From NCBI GenBank assembly GCA_050331735.1, contig JBHJGN010000066.1, forward strand, positions 23,532 to 87,531: DNA of 64,000 bases, given 5' to 3'. The notes under the pieces are model-generated. The model did not search any database. It worked only from the letters and a program-made list of their open reading frames with translations, and had not been told where the DNA came from. The DNA is from Cyanophyceae cyanobacterium (lineage in GTDB: Bacteria > Cyanobacteriota > Cyanobacteriia > Cyanobacteriales > JBHJGN01). Made by a program: the position numbers and the translations under genes. Shown here in pieces: positions 9,701 to 19,171 of the stretch; position 1 is the stretch's first letter; every line of letters begins with the position of its first letter.

Positions 9701-10876
9701 TTATAGCCGTAAGGCGGGAACATAACCTGGTTGAGTCAGTGCCGGACGAGCAAAGGTGAATGGGGCAATATCGTATTGTGTTGAACCGTCGATGGCTAAT
9801 TCACTGAGAATGCGTCCGAGTAAGCTGGCAAACTTATAGCCGTGTCCAGCCCCAATGCAGGTAGAAATCTGAGCATGGTGGGGCAAGGTGTCGAGGATAA
9901 AGTCCCTGTCGGGCGGGAGAGTGTACAGGCAGGTTTTGGTGTACAGTTTTGGTCCGACAAAATTGGGAATTCGAGTCCCAAGAAAGTCGTCTAGCTGCTT
10001 TTCTCTAGACCTATTGGGCGTAAAGGTGCGTGTTTGTGGCGTCACCGGATCTCCCGAAGCATCGATGGCGGCTTTTGTCGCCATCTCGCCGTAAACGGGA
10101 AAACCGTAGTAGCTAAAATCGTCTTTCCACTGGAAAATCGGGAAGTTGCCAACGGTGAATGATTTGAGGTGCGGAGTCGCGTAATACGTTACCTGTTCCT
10201 GGGTAACGGTCAGCGGCAACTGAATGCCAACAGAAGCCAGGAGGGTGTTCGTCCAAGCCCCCGCCGTGAGGACTAGCTTGCGACAGGTAAACGTTCCCTG
10301 CGCCGTTTTCAAACTGACTCCCTGCTCTCCATCCGGATAAATTCCTAGGACCGGGCATTCTGCGAGTATCGTGGCTCCATATCCACGGGCCAGGGCCAGG
10401 TGCAAAGCATTACCCCGCGACGGATCGACAATGCCAGTTTGCTCCTGATACAGCGCTGCTACCTCTTGCTGTGGCTGAAACTGCGGGAAGCGATACCGCA
10501 GTTCATCGGTGTTCAGACGCTCGAAGGGAATCTGAGCTCGCGTCATTGCCGTCGCGTAGTCTTCAACGATCTGAAGATACGGGCTTTCTCGCTCGGCAAT
10601 TTGTACGCCTCCAGTGCGGGTAACGGGGGAAATCCCGGCTTCCTCTGCTACTGTTTCCCACGCCTGATAGGCGAAGGGCGTGAGGCGAGCGTACTTTTCC
10701 TGATGGTAAGCAAGGCGGATAATCCGCGAGTAGTCCTGAGAGCTACCGCAATGATGAAACAGGGGAAACTGCTCAATTCCCAGTACCTCGTTCCCTGCTC
10801 GTTTAGCTAGCCAGTAGAGAGCTGCACTGCCAATGCCTCCACAGCCCAGTACAATGCTGTTGTAGTCGGTTTTCAT
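9701..10876 (-). CDS. solA: Monomeric sarcosine oxidase / N-methyltryptophan oxidase family flavoprotein
   Basis: GCGGIG dinucleotide fold, GSSQDYSRIIR, flavinylation Cys in TCLYT, GHGYKFA; ATG 10876 preferred over 10927. Confidence 0.8.
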   Translation of the reverse strand: MKTDYNSIVLGCGGIGSAALYWLAKRAGNEVLGIEQFPLFHHCGSSQDYSRIIRLAYHQEKYARLTPFAYQAWETVAEEAGISPVTRTGGVQIAERESPYLQIVEDYATAMTRAQIPFERLNTDELRYRFPQFQPQQEVAALYQEQTGIVDPSRGNALHLALARGYGATILAECPVLGIYPDGEQGVSLKTAQGTFTCRKLVLTAGAWTNTLLASVGIQLPLTVTQEQVTYYATPHLKSFTVGNFPIFQWKDDFSYYGFPVYGEMATKAAIDASGDPVTPQTRTFTPNRSREKQLDDFLGTRIPNFVGPKLYTKTCLYTLPPDRDFILDTLPHHAQISTCIGAGHGYKFASLLGRILSELAIDGSTQYDIAPFTFARPALTQPGYVPALRL

Positions 10877-10989
10877 GAAGCTGAATGTTTCGATTTCGCT
10901 CGATTGTAAAGAGAGATATCGTGTCATTCAAGATACACAGCAACCGAATTTTGCAGGCAATCATTGTGCTCTGAGCACAAGCGCCGCCA

Positions 10990-11099
10990 GTCCCTAGCGG
11001 GACGGGGAAGGGGGAACGGGGAAAGGGAAAAGGGAAAGGTCTACCGGAATTAGGAACGAGCTGAACAATGTTTTCCTTTTCCCGTCGCTCCGCGACGGG
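10990..11099 (+). repeat. Modular GA-rich/palindromic dispersed repeat, copy 1
   Basis: GTCCC-TAGC-GGGAC, (GGGGAA/GGGAAA)n arm, core TTAGGAACGAGCTGAACAA, TTTTCC arm, CCCGTCGC-TCC-GCGACGGG. Confidence 0.75.
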
Positions 11100-11181
11100 T
11101 CTTGATCAAAATCGTTATGACTATGATATAGTTGTAACAGTTCTTAATTAAGTTTGACCGACAGAACTTGTCGCTTGTCAA

Positions 11182-11340
11182 ATGAGGAGGGAAGCTGCCT
11201 CGGCTGAATTCAGTGAGACACAAACTCGCAGCTACCGGAGAACGGTAACGGTGTTTTTCCCAGACAACGGGAGCACACCTGAAAGGGGCAGGACAGTTTT
11301 TAAGCAGCCCTGTCTTTTGAACACAGCTTACTAATTACTA
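11182..11340 (+). promoter_or_regulatory. Structured 5' leader with a 50-codon upstream ORF before the peroxiredoxin
   Basis: Hairpins TACCG/CGGTA (11233-11247), GGTGT..TCCC/GGGA..ACACC (11250-11279) and GACAG/CTGTC followed by TTTT (11292-11318); ATG 11182 to TAA 11334 is open. Confidence 0.4.
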
Positions 11341-11354
11341 AGGAGAGTAACTGC

Positions 11355-11960
11355 ATGACCTATCCAGCAGAAGGATGTTTAAGAGTCGGTCAGGAAGCTC
11401 CTGACTTTACGGCGACGGCTGTTGTCGATCAGGAATTTAAGACGCTTAAGCTGTCGGATTATCGTGGCAAATATGTCGTTCTGTTTTTCTATCCTCTAGA
11501 CTTTACGTTTGTTTGCCCCACCGAGATTACGGCGTTTAGCGATCGCTACCAAGAGTTTACCCAAATTAACACTGAAGTGTTGTCTGTCTCCGTAGACAGT
11601 GAATTTTCTCATCTAGCTTGGATTCAAACAGCGCGCACCGATGGCGGTGTTGGCAACGTTGTTTATCCAATGGTGTCGGATATTAAAAAAGAAATTAGTA
11701 CGGCATACAACGTTCTTGACCCAGAAGCCGGAGTCGCTCTGCGTGGTCTATTTCTGATTGATAAAGAGGGCATTATTCAGCACGCGACGATCAATAATCT
11801 CTCCTTTGGTCGCAGCGTTGAAGAAACTCTTCGCACTCTCAAAGCGATTCAATACGTTCAAACTCATCCCGATGAAGTGTGTCCGGCTGAATGGGTAGAA
11901 GGGGGCAAAACGATGGTTCCCGATCCCCAAAAGTCGAAAGTATACTTCTCAGCGGTTTAA
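11355..11960 (+). CDS. Typical 2-Cys peroxiredoxin
   Basis: [13 protein letters not shown], second EVCPA motif, C-terminal YF; RBS AAGGAG at 11340-11345. Confidence 0.96.
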   Translation: MTYPAEGCLRVGQEAPDFTATAVVDQEFKTLKLSDYRGKYVVLFFYPLDFTFVCPTEITAFSDRYQEFTQINTEVLSVSVDSEFSHLAWIQTARTDGGVGNVVYPMVSDIKKEISTAYNVLDPEAGVALRGLFLIDKEGIIQHATINNLSFGRSVEETLRTLKAIQYVQTHPDEVCPAEWVEGGKTMVPDPQKSKVYFSAV

Positions 11961-12000
11961 GCTGGATGAGCTAATCTCTTACCTTAAAGAGCAACTGACC

Positions 12001-12034
12001 AACCCCAACCTTTAAAGATTGGGGTTAATTTTTT
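12001..12034 (+). terminator. Probable intrinsic terminator of the peroxiredoxin gene
   Basis: AACCCCAA-10 nt-TTGGGGTT followed by AATTTTTT. Confidence 0.65.
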
Positions 12035-12535
12035 GAAATTTGCTGAGCCTAATACGAGCGAGGTATCATCTGTTGCGACAGTAGGCAGATTGAAGCAGTA
12101 GCCCACCCCCTCTCAAACTGCTTAAAGAGGCAATTGCCGCTAAACCAGGTTTCATTGGAGGCACTTTTAACAACACAAAATGCCTCAGATGCTCGAGCAG
12201 GCTGCTGAATTTGAGCGAGAACCACTATTGAAATCATCGGTGAGGAATTGAGCAATCGTTTAATCACAAGCTTTAGGTGAAATGACGCTGTTAGAGTTTA
12301 CTGCTACATTAATCGGGACGTATCTTCGTACCTTGGGTTTCTGCTTGCTATTGCTGGAGCAATACTCATCGAAAATTTGATGCCGTTGGCTGATCTAGAA
12401 ATATTATTTTGTCAGAACAGCGTCGCACCTGCTCTTATCTGACCAACTACTGCCATAGCCGGTATGCGTCAAAACTTCAGCTCTCTTCATTCGATAAAGT
12501 AGAGAAGTAAGCTTCACCTGAATCATTAAAACAGC

Positions 12536-13717
12536 ATGCAGTATCGGCGTTTTGGTCGCACAGAGTTACAGATGCCCGTTTTCTCTTGTGGTGGGATGCG
12601 ATATCAGTACAAGTGGAAAGATGTCCCAGGATGGCAAATTCCAAGGGCGAATCAGCAGAATTTAGAAGCAACAATTCGTCGTTCGTTGGAAGTTGGCATT
12701 AATCATATCGAGACGGCGCGGGGATATGGCACCTCTGAGCTACAGTTGGGGAGAGTGTTGCCCAAGCTGCCGCGAGAGAAGCTAATTGTGCAAACCAAAG
12801 TCGGTCCGAGAGCCGATGTTGACGAGTTCCGCCGGATGTTTCATCAGTCGCTCTCGTTTCTCCAGCTAGAGAGTGTCGATCTCCTAGCCCTTCACGGCAT
12901 TAACACCCAAGAACGTCTCGACCAGAGCATCAGACCCGGAGGCTGTATCGATGAAGCCCGCAAGTTTCAGAAACAGGGCAAAGTCCAATTTATTGGCTTC
13001 TCTACCCACGGTCCCACCGATATTATTGTCAAAGCTATCGAAACCAATCAGTTTGACTACGTCAACCTGCACTGGTACTACATTAACCAAACCAACTGGC
13101 CAGCGATTGAGGCGGCTACTCGCCACGATATGGGAGTCTTTATTATTAGTCCCTCTGATAAAGGGGGCAAACTCTATAGTCCGCCACCAAAGCTGGTGGA
13201 ACTGTGTCAGCCGCTTAGTCCGATGGTTTTTAACGATCTCTTTTGCCTCAGCCATCCCCAGGTGCATACGCTGAGCCTAGGCGCGTCTCACCCCACAGAC
13301 TTTGACGAACACCTCAAGGTATTGCCTCTGATAGAGCATGCTGACGAGATCTTACCACCCATTTTGGCGCGACTCGAGCAGGAGGCGATCGCCTGCTTAG
13401 GAGAAGAATGGGTGCGCACCTGGCACGAGGGTTTACCCAACCACGAGGAAACTCCAGGCAACGTTAACATTCCCACTATTTTGTGGCTGAGAAACTTGGC
13501 CATTGCCTACGATATGATAGAGTACGCTCAAGGGCGCTACAACCTCCTCGGCAACGGCGGACACTGGTTTGCTGGGGCGAACGCCGAACGGGTGCCCGCT
13601 CTCGATCTGAGCTCCTGCTTAGCTCAGAGTCCCCACAGCAAAATCATTCCAGATTTACTGCTCGATGCTCATCGTCGTCTTAACGGCCAGTCTGTCCCGC
13701 GTCTTTCCCAAAGCTGA
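12536..13717 (+). CDS. Aldo/keto reductase family oxidoreductase
   Basis: MQYRRFGRT, GINHIETARGYGTSE, IVQTK, IGFSTHG. Confidence 0.88.
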   Translation: MQYRRFGRTELQMPVFSCGGMRYQYKWKDVPGWQIPRANQQNLEATIRRSLEVGINHIETARGYGTSELQLGRVLPKLPREKLIVQTKVGPRADVDEFRRMFHQSLSFLQLESVDLLALHGINTQERLDQSIRPGGCIDEARKFQKQGKVQFIGFSTHGPTDIIVKAIETNQFDYVNLHWYYINQTNWPAIEAATRHDMGVFIISPSDKGGKLYSPPPKLVELCQPLSPMVFNDLFCLSHPQVHTLSLGASHPTDFDEHLKVLPLIEHADEILPPILARLEQEAIACLGEEWVRTWHEGLPNHEETPGNVNIPTILWLRNLAIAYDMIEYAQGRYNLLGNGGHWFAGANAERVPALDLSSCLAQSPHSKIIPDLLLDAHRRLNGQSVPRLSQS

Positions 13718-13814
13718 ATCATCCCAGTGACAAGAGGAAATGTCACTCCGGGCAAGGGGAAAGGGTTGATTTTTGAGTGGTTCTGACCTGACTCCTAACT
13801 GCTCAAACATACCG

Positions 13815-14717
13815 CTAACTGCCTCCTGAATTCTTTTTTGACTTTTCAAGGGCTTTCTTGACGAGAGCCGGAATTTCAGCCGGTCGTTGGGCTACGGTAA
13901 CTTTGGCTTTTTTAAAGGCAGCGAGAGTTTGCTTCGGTTGACTCACCGAGGGGACAGAGTAGGATAAGCCTGTTTTGACGCTGGCTTGAGCGAACACTGG
14001 TTTTTCTGCTGGTGCTTGCAGTCCACACAGATAAACAATTACTGGTTTACTAACGGCATCAGTTAGATACTGAGCCGTCGCTTCTTCAAGAATGCCGCCT
14101 GCGTAGCCAATTAACACAATGACTTCAGTAGCATCATCCTCATCTAAGTAGCGCAGCCAGTCCTGAAAAGAAGAGCCAACAATACCGTCGTTCCCAATGC
14201 TGACAACAAGCGACTGACCTAAATCTGCCCGGTTTAATTCAAGAGCCACTTCATTGCTGAGAGCGTGGGTGCGACCAATGATGCCAACGCTGCCAGAACA
14301 ATAGAAACGAGGAGAATCGATGCCGAGCCACATTTTCTCAGGAACGACAATTCCTCCGCTTCCAGGTCCGACAATCACAGTATCCGTTTCAGCTTGAGCG
14401 AGGAGCTTCACCATATCTAGGGGGGGAACTCCCCGAGTAACAATGATCATCTGTTTAATGTCGGAGGCGATCGCTTCTAAGGCCGCATCGAGCACGGCAT
14501 ACGCTTCTACAAAGATGAGTGTGGTGTCAATGGCTCCCACTTCAGCCACCGCCTCTTCTACTAAATTGAAGATAGGAATATCGTTAAGAGTTTGTCCACC
14601 CTGTCCGGCAATGACTTCAGCGACAATATTTGTGCCGTAGGCTTTCATCTGAGCCGCATAGCCTGAACCGAGGGAGTTATCGATTCCCTGAACAAGTACT
14701 TGATTGACAGTCCACAT
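13815..14717 (-). CDS. sucD: Succinyl-CoA ligase alpha subunit-like (divergent)
   Basis: VLVQGI, YGTNIVA, DAALEAI, GQSLVVSIGNDG, DDATEVIVLIG; follows sucC. Confidence 0.8.
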   Translation of the reverse strand: MWTVNQVLVQGIDNSLGSGYAAQMKAYGTNIVAEVIAGQGGQTLNDIPIFNLVEEAVAEVGAIDTTLIFVEAYAVLDAALEAIASDIKQMIIVTRGVPPLDMVKLLAQAETDTVIVGPGSGGIVVPEKMWLGIDSPRFYCSGSVGIIGRTHALSNEVALELNRADLGQSLVVSIGNDGIVGSSFQDWLRYLDEDDATEVIVLIGYAGGILEEATAQYLTDAVSKPVIVYLCGLQAPAEKPVFAQASVKTGLSYSVPSVSQPKQTLAAFKKAKVTVAQRPAEIPALVKKALEKSKKNSGGS

Positions 14718-14731
14718 AAATAGTCGCTGAT

Positions 14732-15979
14732 TTACTTTGATTTGGAGGACACAGCTTTCACGGCTGCTTCTAAACTATCTACCCAGTCTATCGGCATCTC
14801 TGCTAACTGTTCCTTCACGTCATTAAACTCGTTAGTGAGACGGACAACCCATCTTTCAGGATGTTGAGCAGGCTCTTGAGGACGCTGACGACGACGAGAG
14901 GGGGCTCCCACTGCTCTATTTTCCCGGTCTTGGCCAGCCTTCTGAGCTTGCTGCTTCAGATGCGGCTGCCAATACTCCAAAATTGCCTGGACTGTTGCCT
15001 GAGCCAGTTCCTCGTTGCCAACAATATTAATCAGTAAAATTTTGCTTTCGACTGCGAGGGCCATTGTCAGCGCCTTTGCCATCTGTTGAGCTAGCGCAGA
15101 AGGCGGCAGAAGAGTTCCCTGCGAGCGGTCTTCAACAATGAGGCACGAAGAGAGTTGACCTTTTTCTCCCGCCACTAAATCCCAAGTAGCGTGGGCCAAA
15201 AGCTCACTATTGCAAATTAGGCCGAGCTCTCCTGGCTGGTCTAAATCTGCCAGCCAGTGCAGCCCGGGCAGACGACATACGGGAAGAGAAAAGCTATTTT
15301 CTAAGGACATAGCCGAGTTTTGGAACGCCGCGAGGGCGAGTAAATCTACATGACGGTCGATGGCGTTGTCATTGGCTGAAATTTTGCCGTCTAACGCCAT
15401 GACTTCCCCATTGGCTTCGACTCCTAAAGGATTAATTTCGATCGCATCTAAATCTTTTTCAATAAACAAACGGTACATCTTCTCGATAATGGTGCTCGTC
15501 GTCTCGATCAGTCGACCCTCAAGCCCCATCGCGATTGCTAGCCGACGAGCGTAGAAAGGAGAAAATTCGCCTGCTATCGTGACCTTGTGTAAATGATCGA
15601 GCAGCGCGTCCGCATTCATCCCGCCATTCGCCGAGCCAATGAGCACAGGTTGCTGGAGTTGATAATCGAGAACAACCGCTAAAAATACCTCCTGTTCAGT
15701 GTTGTAGCGAGCTTCCGCTAATAGGACTTGCGGATATTCTCCGGAAATGGGCAGATTAAAAATAGCTCGCGCCGCCGCGATCGCATCAATTGTATTTTCA
15801 ACGAACCGGATGCCTCCTGCGATTCCCCGTCCTCCTGAGCGGACCTGGGACTTCAGCACCACAGGATAGGCAATTTGCAAATCCTTGAGTTCCCGAGAAT
15901 CAGCAACCGTTTGTGAGGGAAGAGTCGGAATCCCGACCTCTTTAAAGAGCTGTTTTGCCTGATATTCAAGTAGTTCCAT
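14732..15979 (-). CDS. sucC: Succinyl-CoA ligase beta subunit-like (divergent)
   Basis: MELLEYQAKQLF, VLKSQVRSGGRGIAGGI, IEINPL, ALDGK. Confidence 0.85.
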   Translation of the reverse strand: MELLEYQAKQLFKEVGIPTLPSQTVADSRELKDLQIAYPVVLKSQVRSGGRGIAGGIRFVENTIDAIAAARAIFNLPISGEYPQVLLAEARYNTEQEVFLAVVLDYQLQQPVLIGSANGGMNADALLDHLHKVTIAGEFSPFYARRLAIAMGLEGRLIETTSTIIEKMYRLFIEKDLDAIEINPLGVEANGEVMALDGKISANDNAIDRHVDLLALAAFQNSAMSLENSFSLPVCRLPGLHWLADLDQPGELGLICNSELLAHATWDLVAGEKGQLSSCLIVEDRSQGTLLPPSALAQQMAKALTMALAVESKILLINIVGNEELAQATVQAILEYWQPHLKQQAQKAGQDRENRAVGAPSRRRQRPQEPAQHPERWVVRLTNEFNDVKEQLAEMPIDWVDSLEAAVKAVSSKSK

Positions 15980-16013
15980 AGAACGCGCACCATCGATGAG
16001 TAACAAACATATT

Positions 16014-16186
16014 TCTGCGGGACGGGAATGTCCGGTGCGGGATGGGGAAAGGGGAAAGGGAAATCTGTCGCTCCGCGACGGGTAAAGGTAAAGAACACAG
16101 AGTTAAGGAACAAACTGAATAATTACTCCCTTTTCCCCTTTCCCCGCGCCTGCGGCGCTTTCCCCTTTCCCCTGCGCCCTTCGCGC
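16014..16186 (+). repeat. Modular GA-rich/palindromic dispersed repeat, copy 2
   Basis: (GGGGAAA)n arm, GTCGC-TCC-GCGAC, core TTAAGGAACAAACTGAATAA, (TTTCCCC)n arm with GCGCC-TGC-GGCGC. Confidence 0.75.
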
Positions 16187-17101
16187 TTAGGAGCGCTGCC
16201 CCTTGGCGCTTTGCCAGTCTTTTTCAACGCGGTCGATGCCGTAGAACCGTTTCCAGAACCGATCGGTGACCCACGTTGGGAGCACTTTCGTCATCAGAAA
16301 CAGCAACATCCGTCCTCCAGTGGCGGCTACGTAGCGCGGACGCGGGTGGCGGTCTGTGAGAGCGCGAACGATGACTTGAGCCACTTTTGCGGGTTCCCAG
16401 CCCAATTTTTCCGTTTGCTGTTCGATTCCCGCTATTTTTTCAAAGACAGCTTGGTAGGGAGTTTTTTCGGGATGGGGCATGGTGCGCTCGGCTTGACGAT
16501 TAGCGACCTCAAAAAACTTCGTTTTCACAGGGCCAGGCTCGACGACAATCGCGTGGATATTAAACGCCTTTAGCTCCATGCGCAACACATCCGTCAAAGC
16601 TTCTAGGGCAAATTTGGAAGCGCTATACAGTCCTCCAGCGGGAAACGCCATTCGTCCTCCAAGCGAACTGACGTTGATGATTCTGCCGCCACCTCGGTCA
16701 CGCATGACCGGAATCAGAGCCTGAGTCAGCGCGAGCGGACCGTGAAAATTAACGGCAAACTGGCGCTTAGCGGCATCAGTGGGCACCATTTCAATCGGGC
16801 CCATCTGACCGTAACCAGCATTATTAATCACAGCATCGACCCGATCGAAATGGGCAACAGCTTTGTACGCGAGTGCTTTTGCCTGCTCTGTTTCCCCGAT
16901 GTCTGTTGGAATCGCCAAGACATCGGCTCCTGCTTGGCGGCAGTCGGCTGCCACTTGCTCTAGCTGGTCTTGATGGCGAGCAGCGATCGCTAAACGAACC
17001 CCCCGATAGTTTGTTGCCAAGGTTCTCGCTAAAGCAGCGCCAATTCCAGTCGAGGCTCCGGTAATGAGTATCACTTGTTCAGATAGAGGAATCGATGCCA
17101 T
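16187..17101 (-). CDS. Short-chain dehydrogenase/reductase
   Basis: TGASTGIG, NNAG, YSASK. Confidence 0.92.
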   Translation of the reverse strand: MASIPLSEQVILITGASTGIGAALARTLATNYRGVRLAIAARHQDQLEQVAADCRQAGADVLAIPTDIGETEQAKALAYKAVAHFDRVDAVINNAGYGQMGPIEMVPTDAAKRQFAVNFHGPLALTQALIPVMRDRGGGRIINVSSLGGRMAFPAGGLYSASKFALEALTDVLRMELKAFNIHAIVVEPGPVKTKFFEVANRQAERTMPHPEKTPYQAVFEKIAGIEQQTEKLGWEPAKVAQVIVRALTDRHPRPRYVAATGGRMLLFLMTKVLPTWVTDRFWKRFYGIDRVEKDWQSAKGQRS

Positions 17102-17286
17102 GAGTCATGCTTGTTCCAGGTCGTTTGTCCCTTATATCATTTTCTCGGGTAGGGATAGCAATTTTGTGAATTCTGGGTACATTTTCTCTGCCAGCAGCGA
17201 ATGAATCCTCGTTCTCAGCAAGACTGCCAGCCTCCGTGGCAGGAGGAGCCAGTGCTTCTGGTCAGTTTAGTTACCCCCATTGAGCC

Positions 17287-18678
17287 ATGAGCCGAGCAGG
17301 AGCTAACTCTCATCCATCTCAGTCGATTTTCAGCCCTCATCCCCAGTCCTGTCCCCCCAACCACCCTGCGGCTGAAACGCCAGCGTCAACGCCTTGTCGA
17401 GAACAGGCCGATGAAGTCGGGGCAGCAGCGCGCGCTCAGATGAAACGCCGTCAAGACCGTAACGAGCGATGCCAGCGGCTTCGTGCCGGCGAGCGCCTCC
17501 CCAAGAGCTTAGCAGCCATCGGCACCGGACTTAGCTTAACGACAATCTTAGCCTACGGCTTGACTCGTCCTTGTGTGCTAGGGCCATGTCCTGCTGTTGC
17601 TCAGGCCAAGCAGTTAGCTCAAGTCAAGCCATCTGAGCTCAACCCATCCCGGCCCGATTTACAGCAGCTAGCGCAGACGGTCGAGCAGTTGGCAGCGATT
17701 CCCGCCTGGTCTCCCCATGCGGCGGAGGCCAATGCCCTCTTAGATGAGGCTGGCCAACTGGCCAGTCTACAAACCATTGTCGCGGCTCAGGCGGATGTAG
17801 CCGAGGCGACCGGTTTATCAGCAGCGACTCAGATTCAGGTCGCGCAGCAGGCGATCGCTGCTTTGGAAACGATTGCTGCTGATAGCAACCTATCTGAGCT
17901 GGCTCAAACCCAGATTCAGCAATACCAGCGCCAGATAGCCAGAATAAAGCAGGCCCAAACCGGGGTAGCCGCAGCGCGCTCCGCCGCAGAATTGGCTCAA
18001 CTGCGTACTTCAGCAGCTCGCTCACTGTCCGACTGGCAGCTTGTGGAAGCGACTTGGAAAACCGCTATTCAGCGTCTCGAAGACGCGGCTGATACCACCC
18101 TCGCCGCTGAGAGTCAGCAACTCCTGAGCCGCTATTCCTCCGAGCTGCAAACCGTCCAGCAACGCCGTCAGCAAGAAGAACTGGCTCTCAACACTCACAA
18201 TCAAGCAGCCGCGCTTGCCAAACGCGCTCTTGACTCAGAAGCAAATAATCAATGGTCCACCGCTGTGGCTCACTGGCGTAACGCTCTCAGCACCATTAAA
18301 CAAATTCCTGAAGAAACCTCTCAGTACCAGCACTCTCACCCTTTAATCAACAGATATGCTGAGGCCTTAAAACAGGCCCAAGCGCATCAGCGCAACTACA
18401 GCGATCTTGGCCAAGTATGTTTCCAAGATATTTGTCGCTACTTGATCGAAAAACACCGCATCAAAATTTACCTGTCGGAGGCGTATACCAAGCAGGTGCG
18501 GCAAACGGCCCTAGATGCTAAAGTCCGCAACAATCTCCAAGCGCAAGTTGATTTGCTCGACCACATCGCCAGCTTAGAAAAAGGGCTAGAAACGGTTGGT
18601 TATAATGCAGAGCTGCCGATTGAAGTATATAGTCCTCAAAAAGCTTTGCTGCTGATTCTCAAAAGCCAAAACAAGTAG
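17287..18678 (+). CDS. Hypothetical membrane-anchored helical/coiled-coil protein
   Basis: 463-aa ORF with one hydrophobic segment followed by RPCVLGPC and Ala/Gln-rich helices; start uncertain. Confidence 0.65.
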   Translation: MSRAGANSHPSQSIFSPHPQSCPPNHPAAETPASTPCREQADEVGAAARAQMKRRQDRNERCQRLRAGERLPKSLAAIGTGLSLTTILAYGLTRPCVLGPCPAVAQAKQLAQVKPSELNPSRPDLQQLAQTVEQLAAIPAWSPHAAEANALLDEAGQLASLQTIVAAQADVAEATGLSAATQIQVAQQAIAALETIAADSNLSELAQTQIQQYQRQIARIKQAQTGVAAARSAAELAQLRTSAARSLSDWQLVEATWKTAIQRLEDAADTTLAAESQQLLSRYSSELQTVQQRRQQEELALNTHNQAAALAKRALDSEANNQWSTAVAHWRNALSTIKQIPEETSQYQHSHPLINRYAEALKQAQAHQRNYSDLGQVCFQDICRYLIEKHRIKIYLSEAYTKQVRQTALDAKVRNNLQAQVDLLDHIASLEKGLETVGYNAELPIEVYSPQKALLLILKSQNK

Positions 18679-18743
18679 CAACCTCATTTAATAGCGGTTA
18701 TTAACTTTCGTATATCCCGCAGTCATCAGGGGGCAATGAACGC

Positions 18744-19122
18744 TCAAGAATCAACGATCAGCTCCATTGTATCTAGTTCTTGAGCGTCATAAATTCCTTC
18801 AAAGGCTTCTAATGAAGCTTTTCTTAACGCTGATTCATAAGCATCTGCTAACGTTTCTACTAATTCTGCTGTAGTCAGATAAGTCCCTTTCGCTTGATGC
18901 CGCTGATTAGTACACAGAGTTGAAAATTGAAGTTTCCCAAGATTTTGTTGTTCGGTTCTCGGCAGCTTTTTTAATTAGGTGTAGTAAAAGAATAATTCCG
19001 TAGCTAAAGATTTTGTTGAGCTTATCAGATTGACTCATCTCTTCTAATTCTTCCACCAGCTCTAAAGCTTCAGGGATTTTTCCTTGATGCAGTAATTCTT
19101 TGAGAGCAATTAATTCTTCCAT
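18744..19122 (-). pseudogene. DUF29 family protein, frameshifted
   Basis: MEEL..LLLHLIK..RTTKSWETSIFNS stops at 18907; a family-like continuation TNQRHQAKGTYLTTAELVETLADAYESALRKASLEAFEG lies in a shifted frame down to TGA at 18744. Confidence 0.75.
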
Positions 19123-19171
19123 CGGTTTTCCCCGTCATTAGCTACAGTGTTTGAACGAGCATGACAAAAAA

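Noticed and set aside
11182..11340. Known riboswitch (glycine, TPP, cobalamin, SAM) between solA and prx
   Set aside because: I could not find the conserved cores on either strand; kept only as an unnamed structured leader
12049..12267. 72-aa ORF with a signal-peptide-like start
   Set aside because: GTG start and no recognisable family; may be a remnant but not supportable
16028..16573. 181-aa + strand ORF
   Set aside because: Made of the GA-rich repeat plus the antisense of the SDR gene
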